From: an uncultured Acidimicrobiales bacterium
GTDB lineage: Bacteria; Actinomycetota; Acidimicrobiia; Acidimicrobiales; SZUA-35
Assembly (NCBI GenBank): GCA_937922045.1
Contig: CAKZXA010000073.1
Coordinates: 26,484-90,483 of the forward strand
Direction: 5' to 3'
Length of the DNA: 64,000 bases
In this document: piece by piece, positions 30,794 to 41,097 of the stretch
How the letters are laid out: every line of letters starts with the position of its first letter
Numbering within the stretch: position 1 is the stretch's first letter
Position numbers and translations under genes: made by a program
Notes under the pieces: generated by a model
Seen by the model: only the letters and a program-made list of their open reading frames with translations
Told to the model about the DNA's origin: nothing
Databases searched by the model: none

Positions 30794-32266
30794 ATGAGCA
30801 CGACAGAATCCCGTCCCCGAACCGTGGCCGAGGGCGACTACAAGGTTGCCGATCTCGACCTGGCTGGCGCTGGTCGCAAGCAGATTGAACTGGCCGAACA
30901 CGAGATGCCCGGTCTCATGTCGCTTCGAGCAGAGTTCTACGACGAACAGCCCTTGAAGGGCGCTCGAATCACCGGCAGTCTTCACATGACGGTGCAAACC
31001 GCTGTCCTCATCGAGACGCTGACGGTCCTGGGTGCCGATGTGCGCTGGGCCAGCTGCAATATTTTCTCAACGCAAGATGAGGCTGCGGCGGCAGTGGCGG
31101 TCGGCCCTGAAGGAACCGTCGAGCACCCAACGGGAACGCCGGTGTTCGCCTGGAAGGGCGAAACGTTGGAGGAATACTGGTGGTGCACCGAACAGGCACT
31201 TCGTTGGCCTGATTCGATCGGTACCCCCAACCTGATCCTTGACGACGGTGGCGATGCCACCCTCTTGGTGCACAAGGGGGCTGAGTTCGAGGCCGCTGGT
31301 GCGGTTCCGGATGCGACCGAGGATGATCCCGAGGAGTGGGCGGCCATCATCGACCTGCTGAAGCGGCTTCAGACCGAGGACGGCGGCCTCTTCACGAAGA
31401 TGGCGGCCGACGTGCGCGGTGTCTCCGAAGAGACCACGACCGGCGTTCATCGTCTCTACGAGATGCGCGATGCGGGCACGCTTCAGTTCCCTGCGATCAA
31501 CGTCAATGACGCTGTGACCAAGTCGAAGTTCGATAACAAATACGGCACCCGTCACTCGCTCATCGATGGGATCAACCGAGGTACCGACGTCATGATCGGT
31601 GGCAAGGTCTGCGTCGTGATGGGCTACGGCGATGTGGGCAAGGGTTCCGCCGAGTCACTTCGTGGCCAGGGCGCCCGTGTCATCATCACCGAGATCGAGC
31701 CGATCTGTGCGCTCCAGGCCGCGATGGACGGCTACGAGGTAAGCACGCTGGAGCGGCTGATCCCCGTGGCCGACATCTTTATCACTGCTACTGGCAACAA
31801 GGACATCTTGTCGGCCGAGATGATGTCCCGCATGAAACAGGGCGCCATCGTTGGCAACATCGGCCACTTCGACAACGAAATCGACATGGCCGGCCTCCTC
31901 CGAGCCAGCGACATCCAGCGGATCAACATCAAGCCCCAGGTCGATGAGTTCCGCTTCCCCGATGGGAAGAGCATCATCATCCTGAGCGAGGGACGACTGC
32001 TGAATCTCGGTAATGCCACCGGCCATCCCAGCTTTGTGATGTCGGCCAGCTTTACCAACCAGGTTCTGGCCCAGATCGAGTTGCATCGCAACGCTGAATC
32101 GATTGGCCTCGAGGTTGTCACGTTGCCAAAGATCCTGGATGAAAAGGTTGCTCGCCTCCATCTCGATGCCCTGGGTGTGCGATTGACGAAGCTGAGCGAG
32201 GAACAGGCCGACTACATCGGTGTGCCGGTGGACGGCCCTTACAAGCCTGAGCATTACCGCTACTAA
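30794..32266 (+). CDS. ahcY: adenosylhomocysteinase
   Basis: 490 aa. [31 protein letters not shown] site [17 protein letters not shown]-terminal YRY. Confidence 0.95.
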   Translation: MSTTESRPRTVAEGDYKVADLDLAGAGRKQIELAEHEMPGLMSLRAEFYDEQPLKGARITGSLHMTVQTAVLIETLTVLGADVRWASCNIFSTQDEAAAAVAVGPEGTVEHPTGTPVFAWKGETLEEYWWCTEQALRWPDSIGTPNLILDDGGDATLLVHKGAEFEAAGAVPDATEDDPEEWAAIIDLLKRLQTEDGGLFTKMAADVRGVSEETTTGVHRLYEMRDAGTLQFPAINVNDAVTKSKFDNKYGTRHSLIDGINRGTDVMIGGKVCVVMGYGDVGKGSAESLRGQGARVIITEIEPICALQAAMDGYEVSTLERLIPVADIFITATGNKDILSAEMMSRMKQGAIVGNIGHFDNEIDMAGLLRASDIQRINIKPQVDEFRFPDGKSIIILSEGRLLNLGNATGHPSFVMSASFTNQVLAQIELHRNAESIGLEVVTLPKILDEKVARLHLDALGVRLTKLSEEQADYIGVPVDGPYKPEHYRY

Positions 32267-32334
32267 CCGGTGGCCTTTGCTCCTCTGAGCACGCCAACGA
32301 AGATCGGGAAGCTGTCATAGCGTCGCACTAGCGT

Positions 32335-32964
32335 GTGGCTCCTATGGTCGTCGAACGAGCATGCCCAATCTGCGGACGGCGGGCACGAGCACTCTGCGCT
32401 GCCTGTGTACGTGCACTGGTGCCCGCCGGTCTGATTGTTGCGCCGCTCGACGTCGACGAAGTGGTGGCGCTCTACGACTATGACCCTCAGGTGCGTCGGC
32501 TGGTGCTGGCCGCGAAGAACGGCGGCCGCCGCGATCTCCTGAGAGCTTTGGGTTCCTCCATCGCTCTGAGGGCTCGGTCGGATGGGCTGATCAAGGATCT
32601 CCATGTCGTCACCTGGGTGCCGGCGAGCCGTTCCGGAGCTCAGCGGCGCGGCTATGAGCAGGGTCGGGTCTTGGCTAGGGCCGCCAGCCGCCAGTTGGGT
32701 GTGCCCTCGCGCCGGCTCCTCGTTCGCCGTCGGGCAGAAGCCCAGTCGATGCGATCGAGGCATGAGCGGTTGGTAGGACCGGATCTGCGATGCCCACTCA
32801 AGGTGTCCGGTCGCGTCCTGGTGGTCGACGACGTCGTGACGACAGGCGCCTCGATCGCAGCTGCAGCGAGAGCGCTCCGAGCAGCAGGCGCCGACGAGGT
32901 TGTGGTTGTAGCTGTCAGCGCCTCGCAGAAGGTTTCCCTAGCGCTGCGGCGAGGAGCGAATTAG
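32335..32964 (+). CDS. ComF family phosphoribosyltransferase-like protein
   Basis: N-terminal Cys cluster CPICG...CAAC and a PRTase loop VLVVDDVVTTGAS. Confidence 0.75.
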   Translation: MAPMVVERACPICGRRARALCAACVRALVPAGLIVAPLDVDEVVALYDYDPQVRRLVLAAKNGGRRDLLRALGSSIALRARSDGLIKDLHVVTWVPASRSGAQRRGYEQGRVLARAASRQLGVPSRRLLVRRRAEAQSMRSRHERLVGPDLRCPLKVSGRVLVVDDVVTTGASIAAAARALRAAGADEVVVVAVSASQKVSLALRRGAN

Positions 32965-33025
32965 GGTGAGGTCACGGGCGTACTCGCCTGGGTTTCAGGT
33001 CAGCAGTTCTGTCGATGGAGGACGC

Positions 33026-33589
33026 ATGGAAGTTTCGGTCAGCGGACGTCATACAACAGTCTCGGAGTCGCTTCGGCGCCAGGCCGAAGACAAGATTGGA
33101 CGCCTCGACAAGTATCTGTCGGGGATGGAGCGGGCCGAGGTGCACTTCTGGGAGGAAAAGAACTCCCGCATCGAGAACCGAGAATTCTGCGAAGTCACGA
33201 TGGAAGGTCACGGCCACCACGTTCGCTGCAAGGTCTCCGCCCCCGACGGCTTTACCGCCATCGATATCGCCGTCGACAAGCTCGAACGGCAGCTTCGAAA
33301 GCTGAAGACCAAGGTCAAGAACCGGAACCAGCGTCGTGAGAAGCTGGATGTGGTCGAGACTGACTTGGTTCCCGATTCGTTGCTTACCGGCGACGCGGCC
33401 ATCGAGCCGATGTACAAGATTGTGAAGAGTAAGCGATTCGAGCTAGCTCCGATGGATCCACAAGAGGCGGCTCTCCAGATGGATCTGTTGAACCATGATT
33501 TCTACGTTTTCACCAATGCCGAAACCAACCATTCAGCGGTCGTGTATCGCCGCGACGATGGCGATGTCGGGTTGATCGACGCGGAGTAG
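33026..33589 (+). CDS. hpf: ribosome hibernation promoting factor (long HPF)
   Basis: GGAGGA lies before ATG 33026. MEVSVSGRHTTVSESLRRQAEDKIGRLDKY is followed by the C-terminal dimerisation domain KRFELAPMDPQEAALQMDLLNHDFYVF. Confidence 0.88.
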   Translation: MEVSVSGRHTTVSESLRRQAEDKIGRLDKYLSGMERAEVHFWEEKNSRIENREFCEVTMEGHGHHVRCKVSAPDGFTAIDIAVDKLERQLRKLKTKVKNRNQRREKLDVVETDLVPDSLLTGDAAIEPMYKIVKSKRFELAPMDPQEAALQMDLLNHDFYVFTNAETNHSAVVYRRDDGDVGLIDAE

Positions 33590-33715
33590 ATCGGCGTCGG
33601 CGTCGGTCGACTTCTCAGCCGACCCAGCGTGAGGCCGACGAGAACTTCACAATCTTGAGGCTGCCGCTTAGTCGCGGCCTCGCGCCCCTTGGGCGGCAGT
33701 AGACTTGGGTCCAGC

Positions 33716-36457
33716 ATGAAAATTCTCGACAAAATTCTCAAAGTCGGTGACGGCAAAAGGCTCAAAACGGTTCGAAGCATCGTCGAGCCGGTAAACGCTC
33801 TTGAGCCGTCGACGTCAGCGCTCAGCGATGATCAGCTGAAGGCAAAGACCACCGAATTCAAAGACAAGCTCGCCAACGGAGCCAGCCTCGATGACATCAT
33901 GCTCGAGGCCTTCGCTGTTGTACGGGAGACCGCATGGCGCGTGATTGGGCAACGTCACTACGACGTCCAGCTCATGGGCGGCGCAACCTTGCACTGGGGT
34001 TCGGTGGCTGAGATGAAGACGGGTGAAGGAAAGACTCTCGTCTCGACACTCCCGATCTATCTCAACGCCTTGAGCGGTGAGGGTGTTCACGCCATCACCG
34101 TCAACGACTACCTAGCCACCCGCGATGCTGAGTGGATGGGGCAGATTTATGGTTGGCACGGTCTTACCACCGGCCTTGTTGTGCCTGGCAATGCCGACGC
34201 TGAGTTCAAGAAGCAGCAGTACGCCTGCGACATCACCTACGGCACAAACAATGAATTCGGTTTCGATTACCTCCGCGACAACATGGCCCGCAGTGTCGAG
34301 GCTCAAACCCAGCGAGGGCACAAGTTCGCCATCGCCGATGAGATCGACTCGATCCTGATCGACGAGGCTCGAACCCCGCTTATCATCAGCGGCAAGGTGC
34401 GCGGCGCTGCCGATCTCTACTATCGCTTCGCTGATGTCGCAGCCCGTCTCCGTCGCGACGACGACTACGAGGTCGATGAAGAGAAACGCGTCATCGCTAT
34501 CAACGATGACGGCATTTCCAAGGTCGAGGAGATGCTCGAACTCGACAACTTGTACGACGGTGTGCAGGGCGACCTGGTTCACCAGCTGAACTCGGCACTC
34601 AAGGCCAAGGAACTCTTCCACCTCGACAAGGACTATCTGGTCACCGATGGTGAGGTGAAGATCGTCGATGAGTTCACCGGCCGTGTGCTCGATGGCCGTC
34701 GCTGGTCCGATGGTCTCCACCAGGCCGTCGAGGCCAAGGAGAAGGTCAAGATCAAAGACGAGCAGCAGACGATGGCCACCGTCACCCTGCAAAACTACTT
34801 CCGGCTCTACGAAAAGCTCGCCGGTATGACCGGTACGGCGATGTCGGATGCCGCCGAGTTGGAGTCCACCTACGGGCTTGGTGTTGTCCAGATCCCGACC
34901 AACAAGCCGATCGCTCGCATGGACCAGCCCGATCTGATCTACAAGACGGAGAACGGGAAATTCGACGCCTGCATCGGTGACATCGAGGAGCGGGTATCCA
35001 GAGGACAACCGGTCCTGGTCGGTACCGCCTCGGTTGAGAAGTCTGAGAAGCTCTCCACCCTGATGCGCCAGCGTGGCATTCCCCACGAAGTGCTGAATGC
35101 CAAGGCGAATTTCCGTGAGGCCGATGTGGTGGCGCAGGCTGGCAAGTCGGGATCGATCACGGTGGCTACAAACATGGCCGGTCGTGGTGTCGACATCGTG
35201 CTCGGTGGGAACCCAGAGAAGCTGGCGGAATCCGACACGAACGCTGAAGGCCATGAGCTCGAATCAGAGGAAGGGCAGGCCTACTACCTTTCTCGCTTGG
35301 CTTACTGGGAGCCGATCTGCGAGAAGGATCAGCAGACCGTGCTTGAAGCCGGCGGCCTCTACGTGCTCGCTACCGAACGCCATGAGAGCCGTCGAATCGA
35401 CGATCAGCTCCGCGGCCGTTCTGGTCGGCAGGGTGATCCGGGCGAAAGCCGGTTCTATCTGTCGCTTGAAGACGACCTCATGCGCATTTTTGCTACCGGC
35501 GCCATGAACTGGGTCATGGATAGGGCCTTGCCCGAAGATGTGCCGATCGAGTCCAAGATGGTTACAAAGTCGGTCGAGCGGGCGCAGACAACGGTCGAGC
35601 AGCGCAACGCTGAGATCCGCAAGAACGTGCTGAAGTACGACGAGGTCTACAACCAGCAGCGCATGGTCGTCTACCAACGCAGGATGCAGATCCTGGCCGG
35701 TGAGGATCTTCGAGAAGAGACGATCGATGCCTTCGGCGATGTCGCTGACTATCTGATCTCGGGGCACTGCGAGTCGGAGTTTGACGACACGTGGGACCTC
35801 GAAGGGCTCCATAAGGAGTTGGAGCAGTTCTGGCCCACCTCTATCGACGTTTCAACGCTCGATAACGAGACCAAGCTCGATGGCCTACGCAGTGTCATTG
35901 TGGCCGATGGTGAGTCGCATTACACCAAGCGTGAATCTGAGCTGGGCGAGCCGGTTCTGCGTCAGGTGGAGCGACAGGTAATGCTCCAGCTGATCGATCA
36001 GCGATGGCGCGATCATCTGACCGAGATGGCTCATCTTCGAGAAGGTATAAACCTTCGGGCGATGGGCCAGCGTGATCCGCTCATCGAATGGCAGCAGGAG
36101 GGTTTCGACCTTTTCCGCGAGATGATGCAGTCGCTCAACGTCGACTATGTGCGCTACATCATGCGGGTTGAGGTGGTCCAGAAGCCTGACGAAGCGGCTG
36201 AGGAGATCTCAGAAGCAGCGACGAAGCCTGAGGTCGGCTCTGTTGCTCCCGCTGTTGCTCCTGCTGTTGCGGCGCCAGCCCCGTCCTCTCCGACCACCGA
36301 AACCGATCTCGTCGCATCGCATGCAGATGCGCCGCCCGAGGCTGAATCGACTGGGCCGAATCGCACACCGTTCGTTAAAGACGACTGGGACAAGACACCT
36401 CGCAACGCTCCGTGCCCTTGCGGAAGCGGTAAGAAATTCAAGCAGTGCCACGGCTGA
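33716..36457 (+). CDS. secA: preprotein translocase ATPase SecA
   Basis: MKILDKILKVGDGKRLK start, MKTGEGKT Walker A, DEIDSILIDEARTPLIISG, TNMAGRGVDI, and a C-terminal zinc tail CPCGSGKKFKQCHG. Confidence 0.97.
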   Translation: MKILDKILKVGDGKRLKTVRSIVEPVNALEPSTSALSDDQLKAKTTEFKDKLANGASLDDIMLEAFAVVRETAWRVIGQRHYDVQLMGGATLHWGSVAEMKTGEGKTLVSTLPIYLNALSGEGVHAITVNDYLATRDAEWMGQIYGWHGLTTGLVVPGNADAEFKKQQYACDITYGTNNEFGFDYLRDNMARSVEAQTQRGHKFAIADEIDSILIDEARTPLIISGKVRGAADLYYRFADVAARLRRDDDYEVDEEKRVIAINDDGISKVEEMLELDNLYDGVQGDLVHQLNSALKAKELFHLDKDYLVTDGEVKIVDEFTGRVLDGRRWSDGLHQAVEAKEKVKIKDEQQTMATVTLQNYFRLYEKLAGMTGTAMSDAAELESTYGLGVVQIPTNKPIARMDQPDLIYKTENGKFDACIGDIEERVSRGQPVLVGTASVEKSEKLSTLMRQRGIPHEVLNAKANFREADVVAQAGKSGSITVATNMAGRGVDIVLGGNPEKLAESDTNAEGHELESEEGQAYYLSRLAYWEPICEKDQQTVLEAGGLYVLATERHESRRIDDQLRGRSGRQGDPGESRFYLSLEDDLMRIFATGAMNWVMDRALPEDVPIESKMVTKSVERAQTTVEQRNAEIRKNVLKYDEVYNQQRMVVYQRRMQILAGEDLREETIDAFGDVADYLISGHCESEFDDTWDLEGLHKELEQFWPTSIDVSTLDNETKLDGLRSVIVADGESHYTKRESELGEPVLRQVERQVMLQLIDQRWRDHLTEMAHLREGINLRAMGQRDPLIEWQQEGFDLFREMMQSLNVDYVRYIMRVEVVQKPDEAAEEISEAATKPEVGSVAPAVAPAVAAPAPSSPTTETDLVASHADAPPEAESTGPNRTPFVKDDWDKTPRNAPCPCGSGKKFKQCHG

Positions 36458-36513
36458 TGTAACCGGTGTCGGTCGCCTGATTCAGGCGAAATTCAGCTAG
36501 GTTCGATGGAGCT

Positions 36514-37626
36514 ATGGCCGACCTAACCGACGATCTCAAACGCCTTCGCAACGAACTGAATGAGGCCGAAGAGTATTTGCGTATCGCCGAGTTGCAGCAC
36601 CGGCTTCCCCAGCTCGAGACCGAGATGGGTCGACCCGATCTCTGGGACGATGCTGAACGGGCTCGGATCGTGCAGACCGAGTTCACCTCGGTTCGAGACG
36701 ACCTCGATCTCTTCAAGCGGCTTAGCGGAAGTGTTGAAGACGCCGAAGTTCTGTTCGAGCTGAGCAGGGAGGAAGGCGACGAATCCATTGAGCTTGAGGC
36801 CGCGGAGCTGATCGAACGCCTCGGTGGCGAATTCTCCGAGCTGGAGCTGAGGGCGCTCTTTACCGGCGAATACGACGAAGGCGACGCGGTTTGCGAGGTG
36901 CATTCAGGCGCCGGTGGTACCGATTCGCAGGACTGGGCCGAGATCGTGCTCGTGATGTATCGCAAGTGGGCCCAACTTCGAGGATTCAGCTTTGAGCTGA
37001 ACGCGGCCCAGCAGGGCCAGGAGGCCGGGATAACATCGGCCGAATTTCTTATCCGTGGCCGGTATGCCTACGGCTGGCTGCAGGCCGAACGGGGAGTCCA
37101 TCGTCTCGTTCGGATCTCACCCTTTGATTCGCAGGCCCGCCGCCACACCGCGTTTGCCTCATTCAGCGTTGTGCCCTACATCGAAGACGCCACCGATCAA
37201 GTAGAGATAGACGAAAAAGATCTTCGAGTCGACGTCTTCCGCAGCTCAGGCGCAGGCGGCCAGCATGTCAACACGACAGACTCGGCCGTCCGCATCACGC
37301 ACCTTCCGACCGGTGTCGTGGTGTCGTGTCAGAACGAGCGTAGCCAGCACCAGAATAAGGATCGCTGTATGCAGATGTTGGCGATGAAGCTGGTCGCCTT
37401 GGAGCGTCAGAAGCGTGAAGACCTCCTGGCCGGAGAAGCTGGTGAAGCCAAAAAGGTGGAATGGGGATCACAAATCCGGTCCTACGTGCTCCAGCCGTAT
37501 CAGCAGGTTAAGGACGAACGCTCCGGCTATACGTCAGGTAACCCGGACGGTGTGCTCGATGGTGATGTGGGCCCCTTCATGGAGGCTTGGCTTAGGTGGC
37601 GCCGGGCGAGTGCTGCGTCGAACTAG
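36514..37626 (+). CDS. prfB: peptide chain release factor 2 (uninterrupted, no programmed frameshift)
   Basis: 370 aa. SPF tripeptide (RISPFDS) and GGQ motif SGAGGQHVNTTDSAVRITHLPTG. A single continuous frame runs from the ATG. Confidence 0.93.
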   Translation: MADLTDDLKRLRNELNEAEEYLRIAELQHRLPQLETEMGRPDLWDDAERARIVQTEFTSVRDDLDLFKRLSGSVEDAEVLFELSREEGDESIELEAAELIERLGGEFSELELRALFTGEYDEGDAVCEVHSGAGGTDSQDWAEIVLVMYRKWAQLRGFSFELNAAQQGQEAGITSAEFLIRGRYAYGWLQAERGVHRLVRISPFDSQARRHTAFASFSVVPYIEDATDQVEIDEKDLRVDVFRSSGAGGQHVNTTDSAVRITHLPTGVVVSCQNERSQHQNKDRCMQMLAMKLVALERQKREDLLAGEAGEAKKVEWGSQIRSYVLQPYQQVKDERSGYTSGNPDGVLDGDVGPFMEAWLRWRRASAASN

Positions 37627-37832
37627 ACTGGTTCTGGCTCAAATGGACCAGCCCATCCCGGGTTGGCTAGGTGAGTCGGTAGATGGCATCAGCGCTATCA
37701 CCTGATATCTGTAGTAAAGACGTACTGCCCGGCGGTTTAGCGCCGTCGTGCCGTTCGTGGCAAAAGGCTAGACCGCTATTTCTGTACGGACCGAGCGTCC
37801 GCCCACCGAAGAACGAAGAGTAGAACGAACAC

Positions 37833-38513
37833 ATGATCAGACTTGAAGGTGTGTCGAAGGAGTATCCGGAACAGGGCGTGCCGGCGCTTCGAGATGCCTA
37901 TGCCGATATTACGAAGGGTGAGTTCGTCTTCCTCGTTGGGCCGTCAGGCTCGGGAAAGTCGACGTTTCTGCGACTCTGCAATAAGCAGGAGGAGCCGGAT
38001 ACCGGCCGCATCTTTGTGGCCGGGAAAGACATCGGCCAACTGTCGAGTTGGAAAGTTCCGATGCTGCGACGCAATATTGGCAGCATTTTTCAAGACTTCA
38101 AGCTGCTTCCGACCAAGACCGTCGCCGAGAACGTAGCCTTCGCGCTGGAAGTCATCGGGCGTCCCCGCAGCGTCATCAGGACTCAGGTCCCGGCCATCTG
38201 TGAACTCGTCGGCCTCGGCGACAAGATGGCGAAGTTGCCTGACCAACTGTCGGGCGGCGAGCAGCAACGCGTCTCCATCGCCCGTGCCTTTGTAAACCGA
38301 CCCCTCATCCTGTTGGCCGACGAGCCGACCGGTAACCTCGATCCCCAAACGTCGATTGGCATCATGCGCCTTCTCGACCGCATCAACAAGACCGGCACCA
38401 CGGTTGTTATGGCCAGCCACGATCGCGGCATCGTTGACACGATGCGAAAGCGCGTAATCGAACTGTCCAATGGCGTGATCGTTCGCGATCAGGCCCGTGG
38501 CGTCTACGAGTAA
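37833..38513 (+). CDS. ftsE: cell division ATP-binding protein FtsE
   Basis: [28 protein letters not shown]. Followed 8 nt later by ftsX. Confidence 0.92.
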   Translation: MIRLEGVSKEYPEQGVPALRDAYADITKGEFVFLVGPSGSGKSTFLRLCNKQEEPDTGRIFVAGKDIGQLSSWKVPMLRRNIGSIFQDFKLLPTKTVAENVAFALEVIGRPRSVIRTQVPAICELVGLGDKMAKLPDQLSGGEQQRVSIARAFVNRPLILLADEPTGNLDPQTSIGIMRLLDRINKTGTTVVMASHDRGIVDTMRKRVIELSNGVIVRDQARGVYE

Positions 38514-38521
38514 GGAACCTC

Positions 38522-39415
38522 ATGGCGTTTAGACCCGACTATCTCCTCCGAGAAACCGGTCAGAACCTCTTTCGCAACCCTTCACTGAGTGTCGCGTCCA
38601 TACTGACAGTGGCAGTTTCTCTGTCGCTTATGGGCGCCGCTCTCCTGATCCAACAGGGGGTGGGCGAGGTCAACAAGTACTTCCGCGATGGCGTTGAGTT
38701 CAACGTTTGGATGAACATCGACGTTGAGCAGGAACACATCGAGGCCGTCAGCAACTTCCTGAGCGACAGCCCCTATGTGCGACAGTGGGAATACGTCGGT
38801 ACCGAAGCGACCTACCGCGAATTCCAGTCCTACTATTCGGACACGCCCGACGTGCTCGAACTGGTCAGCGCCGATCAGATCCCGACATCGTTTCGAGTAA
38901 CCCCGAATGATGTCGAGGTCGACTCGATCGAGTCGATTGGACGCGAGATCGAGAATTATGCGGGCGTGAAGGACGTCAACTTTGCCAGCGACGACATCAA
39001 GGCGATCAGCGACTTCTCGCGGGGCAGTTCGACGATCATGTTGTTCGCGGCTGGGGCTTCGGCCATAGCGGCCGCCCTACTGATGTACAACTCGATCAGG
39101 ACCGCTGTCTTCGCGCGGCGGCGCGAGATCGAGGTTATGCGACTGGTCGGTGCGACCAAGTGGTTCATTCGTATCCCGTTCATGTTGGAGGGCCTCCTTC
39201 AGGGCCTCATTGGAGCCTTCCTCAGCATCTTCTCGGTCTTTGCCCTGAACCGGGCGTTCGAGAACTTCTTCGCCGACCAAGACTTCTACGCATTTCGGGA
39301 CTTTGCCTTGTCGGTCAGCGACATCATGGGTATCGCTATAGCCCTTATGATCGTTGGAGCGATGCTTGGGGCGGTGGGGGCCGGTGTGGCCGTAACTCGC
39401 TACCTCGACGCCTAG
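38522..39415 (+). CDS. ftsX: cell division permease-like protein FtsX
   Basis: 297 aa. An N-terminal TM, a periplasmic domain, then three TM segments with the FtsX-type RRREIEVMRLVGAT motif. Confidence 0.88.
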   Translation: MAFRPDYLLRETGQNLFRNPSLSVASILTVAVSLSLMGAALLIQQGVGEVNKYFRDGVEFNVWMNIDVEQEHIEAVSNFLSDSPYVRQWEYVGTEATYREFQSYYSDTPDVLELVSADQIPTSFRVTPNDVEVDSIESIGREIENYAGVKDVNFASDDIKAISDFSRGSSTIMLFAAGASAIAAALLMYNSIRTAVFARRREIEVMRLVGATKWFIRIPFMLEGLLQGLIGAFLSIFSVFALNRAFENFFADQDFYAFRDFALSVSDIMGIAIALMIVGAMLGAVGAGVAVTRYLDA

Positions 39416-39472
39416 TTCGCCGTCCAGAACAGAAGGGGGTTCAGGCGCCGTCTGAGCGGCTACTGTTCTTTC

Positions 39473-41029
39473 ATGGCGTTTCTCTATGTTGTTCTTGCGG
39501 TTCTTGCCGTGCTCGCTGGTATGGCTCTTGTCGACGTCGTTCAGACCAAGCATGCAATCCGGCGAAACTTCCCGTTGATCGGTCGGCTGCGGTACCTGCT
39601 GGAGAAGATTGGGCCTGAGCTACGGCAGTACATCGTGACCGACAACGATGAGGAGCGTCCCTTTAGCCGTGACCAGCGCCGCTGGGTCTACGCAACGTCC
39701 AAGGACGAGAACCAGTATTTCGGCTTCGGAACCGACAGCAAGTTCGACCTTCCTCAGCATCTTCTCATCCGGCACTCCGCTTTCCCCTATCTCAAGCCCG
39801 ACCACCAGAAGCACGGAACCGCTAACACCGACGACGAGGGGCGGGCATCGACGCTGCCTGCGGCCAAGATTCTCGGCGAGTGGCGTGAACGCGAGGGGGC
39901 CTTCCGGCCGCCGTCGATCGTGAACATCTCGGCGATGAGCTTTGGTTCGTTGTCGGGCCCGGCCATCGAGGCGCTCAATCGTGGTGCCGCCTTGGCGGGA
40001 TGCATGCACAATACCGGTGAAGGCGGGGTCAGCAAGTATCACCGTTTGGGTGGCGACCTCATGTTTCAGCTGGGTACCGGCTACTTCGGGGCGCGGGCCG
40101 ACGATGGCTCCTTCGACCTGGACAAGGCAGTCGCCCTGGTTGCCTCGGCGCCGATAAAGGCCATCGAGGTCAAGCTAAGCCAGGGAGCGAAGCCTGGGCT
40201 GGGCGGCGTGCTGCCCGGAGCGAAGGTTACCCCGGAGATCGCTGAAGCCAGGGGAGTGCCGGAGGGCCAGACCGTAGCCAGCCCATCTCGCCATTCGGCC
40301 TTCGACTCAGTGCCGACGATGGTGGACTTCTTGGAGCAGTTGGCCACAGCTTGTGGCGTGCCCGTCGGGATAAAGTCGGCGGTCGGTGATCGGCGATTCT
40401 GGGTCGAGCTCGCCGACCACATGAACGAAACAAACCGCGGCCCAGACTTCATCTCGATCGATGGAGGCGAGGGTGGCACCGGAGCGGCTCCGCTGGTCTT
40501 CAGCGACCACGTATCGTTGCCCTACCGATCGGCGATGGCAGAGGTCTTTCCTCTCTTCGCTCAACGAGGCATGCATGAAAAGGTCACCTGGATCGGCGCG
40601 GGCAAGCTCGGGTTCCCCGGTGACGCTCTGGCGGCGATGGCCCTGGGCGCTGATCTGATAGCGGTTGGCCGTGAAGCCATGCTTTCGGTCGGATGTATCC
40701 AGGCTCAAAAGTGCCACACCGGGCATTGTCCGGTCGGTGTCGCCACCCATTCTCCCTGGCTTACTCGGGGCTTGGACCCCACCGACAAGTCGGTACGAGC
40801 CAGTAACTACATCACGAATCTGCGATACGAGCTGCTCCAGTTGAGTAACGCTTGTGGCTACCCGCATCCAGCCCTGGTAGGCGGTTCTCACCTCGACCTC
40901 TTGATCGACGGCGATCAAACCGTGGGAATCTGGGACCGCTACGGGTACGACGAGAGCTGGTTCGATCATTCGAGCGATCGCTTTGGCACCCTGGAGTCGC
41001 TGATGTCGGCCCCCACACCGGTGTCTTGA
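39473..41029 (+). CDS. FMN-binding glutamate synthase family protein (GltB domain-2-like), membrane anchored
   Basis: N-terminal TM helix, HAIRRNFPLIGRLRY, IEVKLSQGAKPG, IDGGEGGTGAAP. Confidence 0.8.
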   Translation: MAFLYVVLAVLAVLAGMALVDVVQTKHAIRRNFPLIGRLRYLLEKIGPELRQYIVTDNDEERPFSRDQRRWVYATSKDENQYFGFGTDSKFDLPQHLLIRHSAFPYLKPDHQKHGTANTDDEGRASTLPAAKILGEWREREGAFRPPSIVNISAMSFGSLSGPAIEALNRGAALAGCMHNTGEGGVSKYHRLGGDLMFQLGTGYFGARADDGSFDLDKAVALVASAPIKAIEVKLSQGAKPGLGGVLPGAKVTPEIAEARGVPEGQTVASPSRHSAFDSVPTMVDFLEQLATACGVPVGIKSAVGDRRFWVELADHMNETNRGPDFISIDGGEGGTGAAPLVFSDHVSLPYRSAMAEVFPLFAQRGMHEKVTWIGAGKLGFPGDALAAMALGADLIAVGREAMLSVGCIQAQKCHTGHCPVGVATHSPWLTRGLDPTDKSVRASNYITNLRYELLQLSNACGYPHPALVGGSHLDLLIDGDQTVGIWDRYGYDESWFDHSSDRFGTLESLMSAPTPVS

Positions 41030-41097
41030 CCGGCTAGTGGGTTCGCTTAGCGTGCTCGAACTTACCGGTGGGCGCCGGGGTGTAGTAGACAAGTCGG

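Noticed and set aside
33590-33715. Structured leader upstream of secA (ctgccgc ... gcggcag and nearby stems)
   Set aside because: The stems are short and GC-driven, and I know of no matching motif. Without covariation data this is not reportable as a feature.
36514-37626. Programmed +1 frameshift site expected in many prfB genes
   Set aside because: The RF2 frame is continuous from the ATG through the SPF and GGQ motifs, with no early in-frame TGA. This copy does not use frameshift autoregulation.
39455-39471. Similar words at the two putative inversion breakpoints (gcggctactgttctttc at about 39455 versus gcggctgctactctttg at about 44512)
   Set aside because: The similarity is short and imperfect, and the words are in direct rather than inverted orientation, so they cannot explain an inversion. 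It is probably chance.
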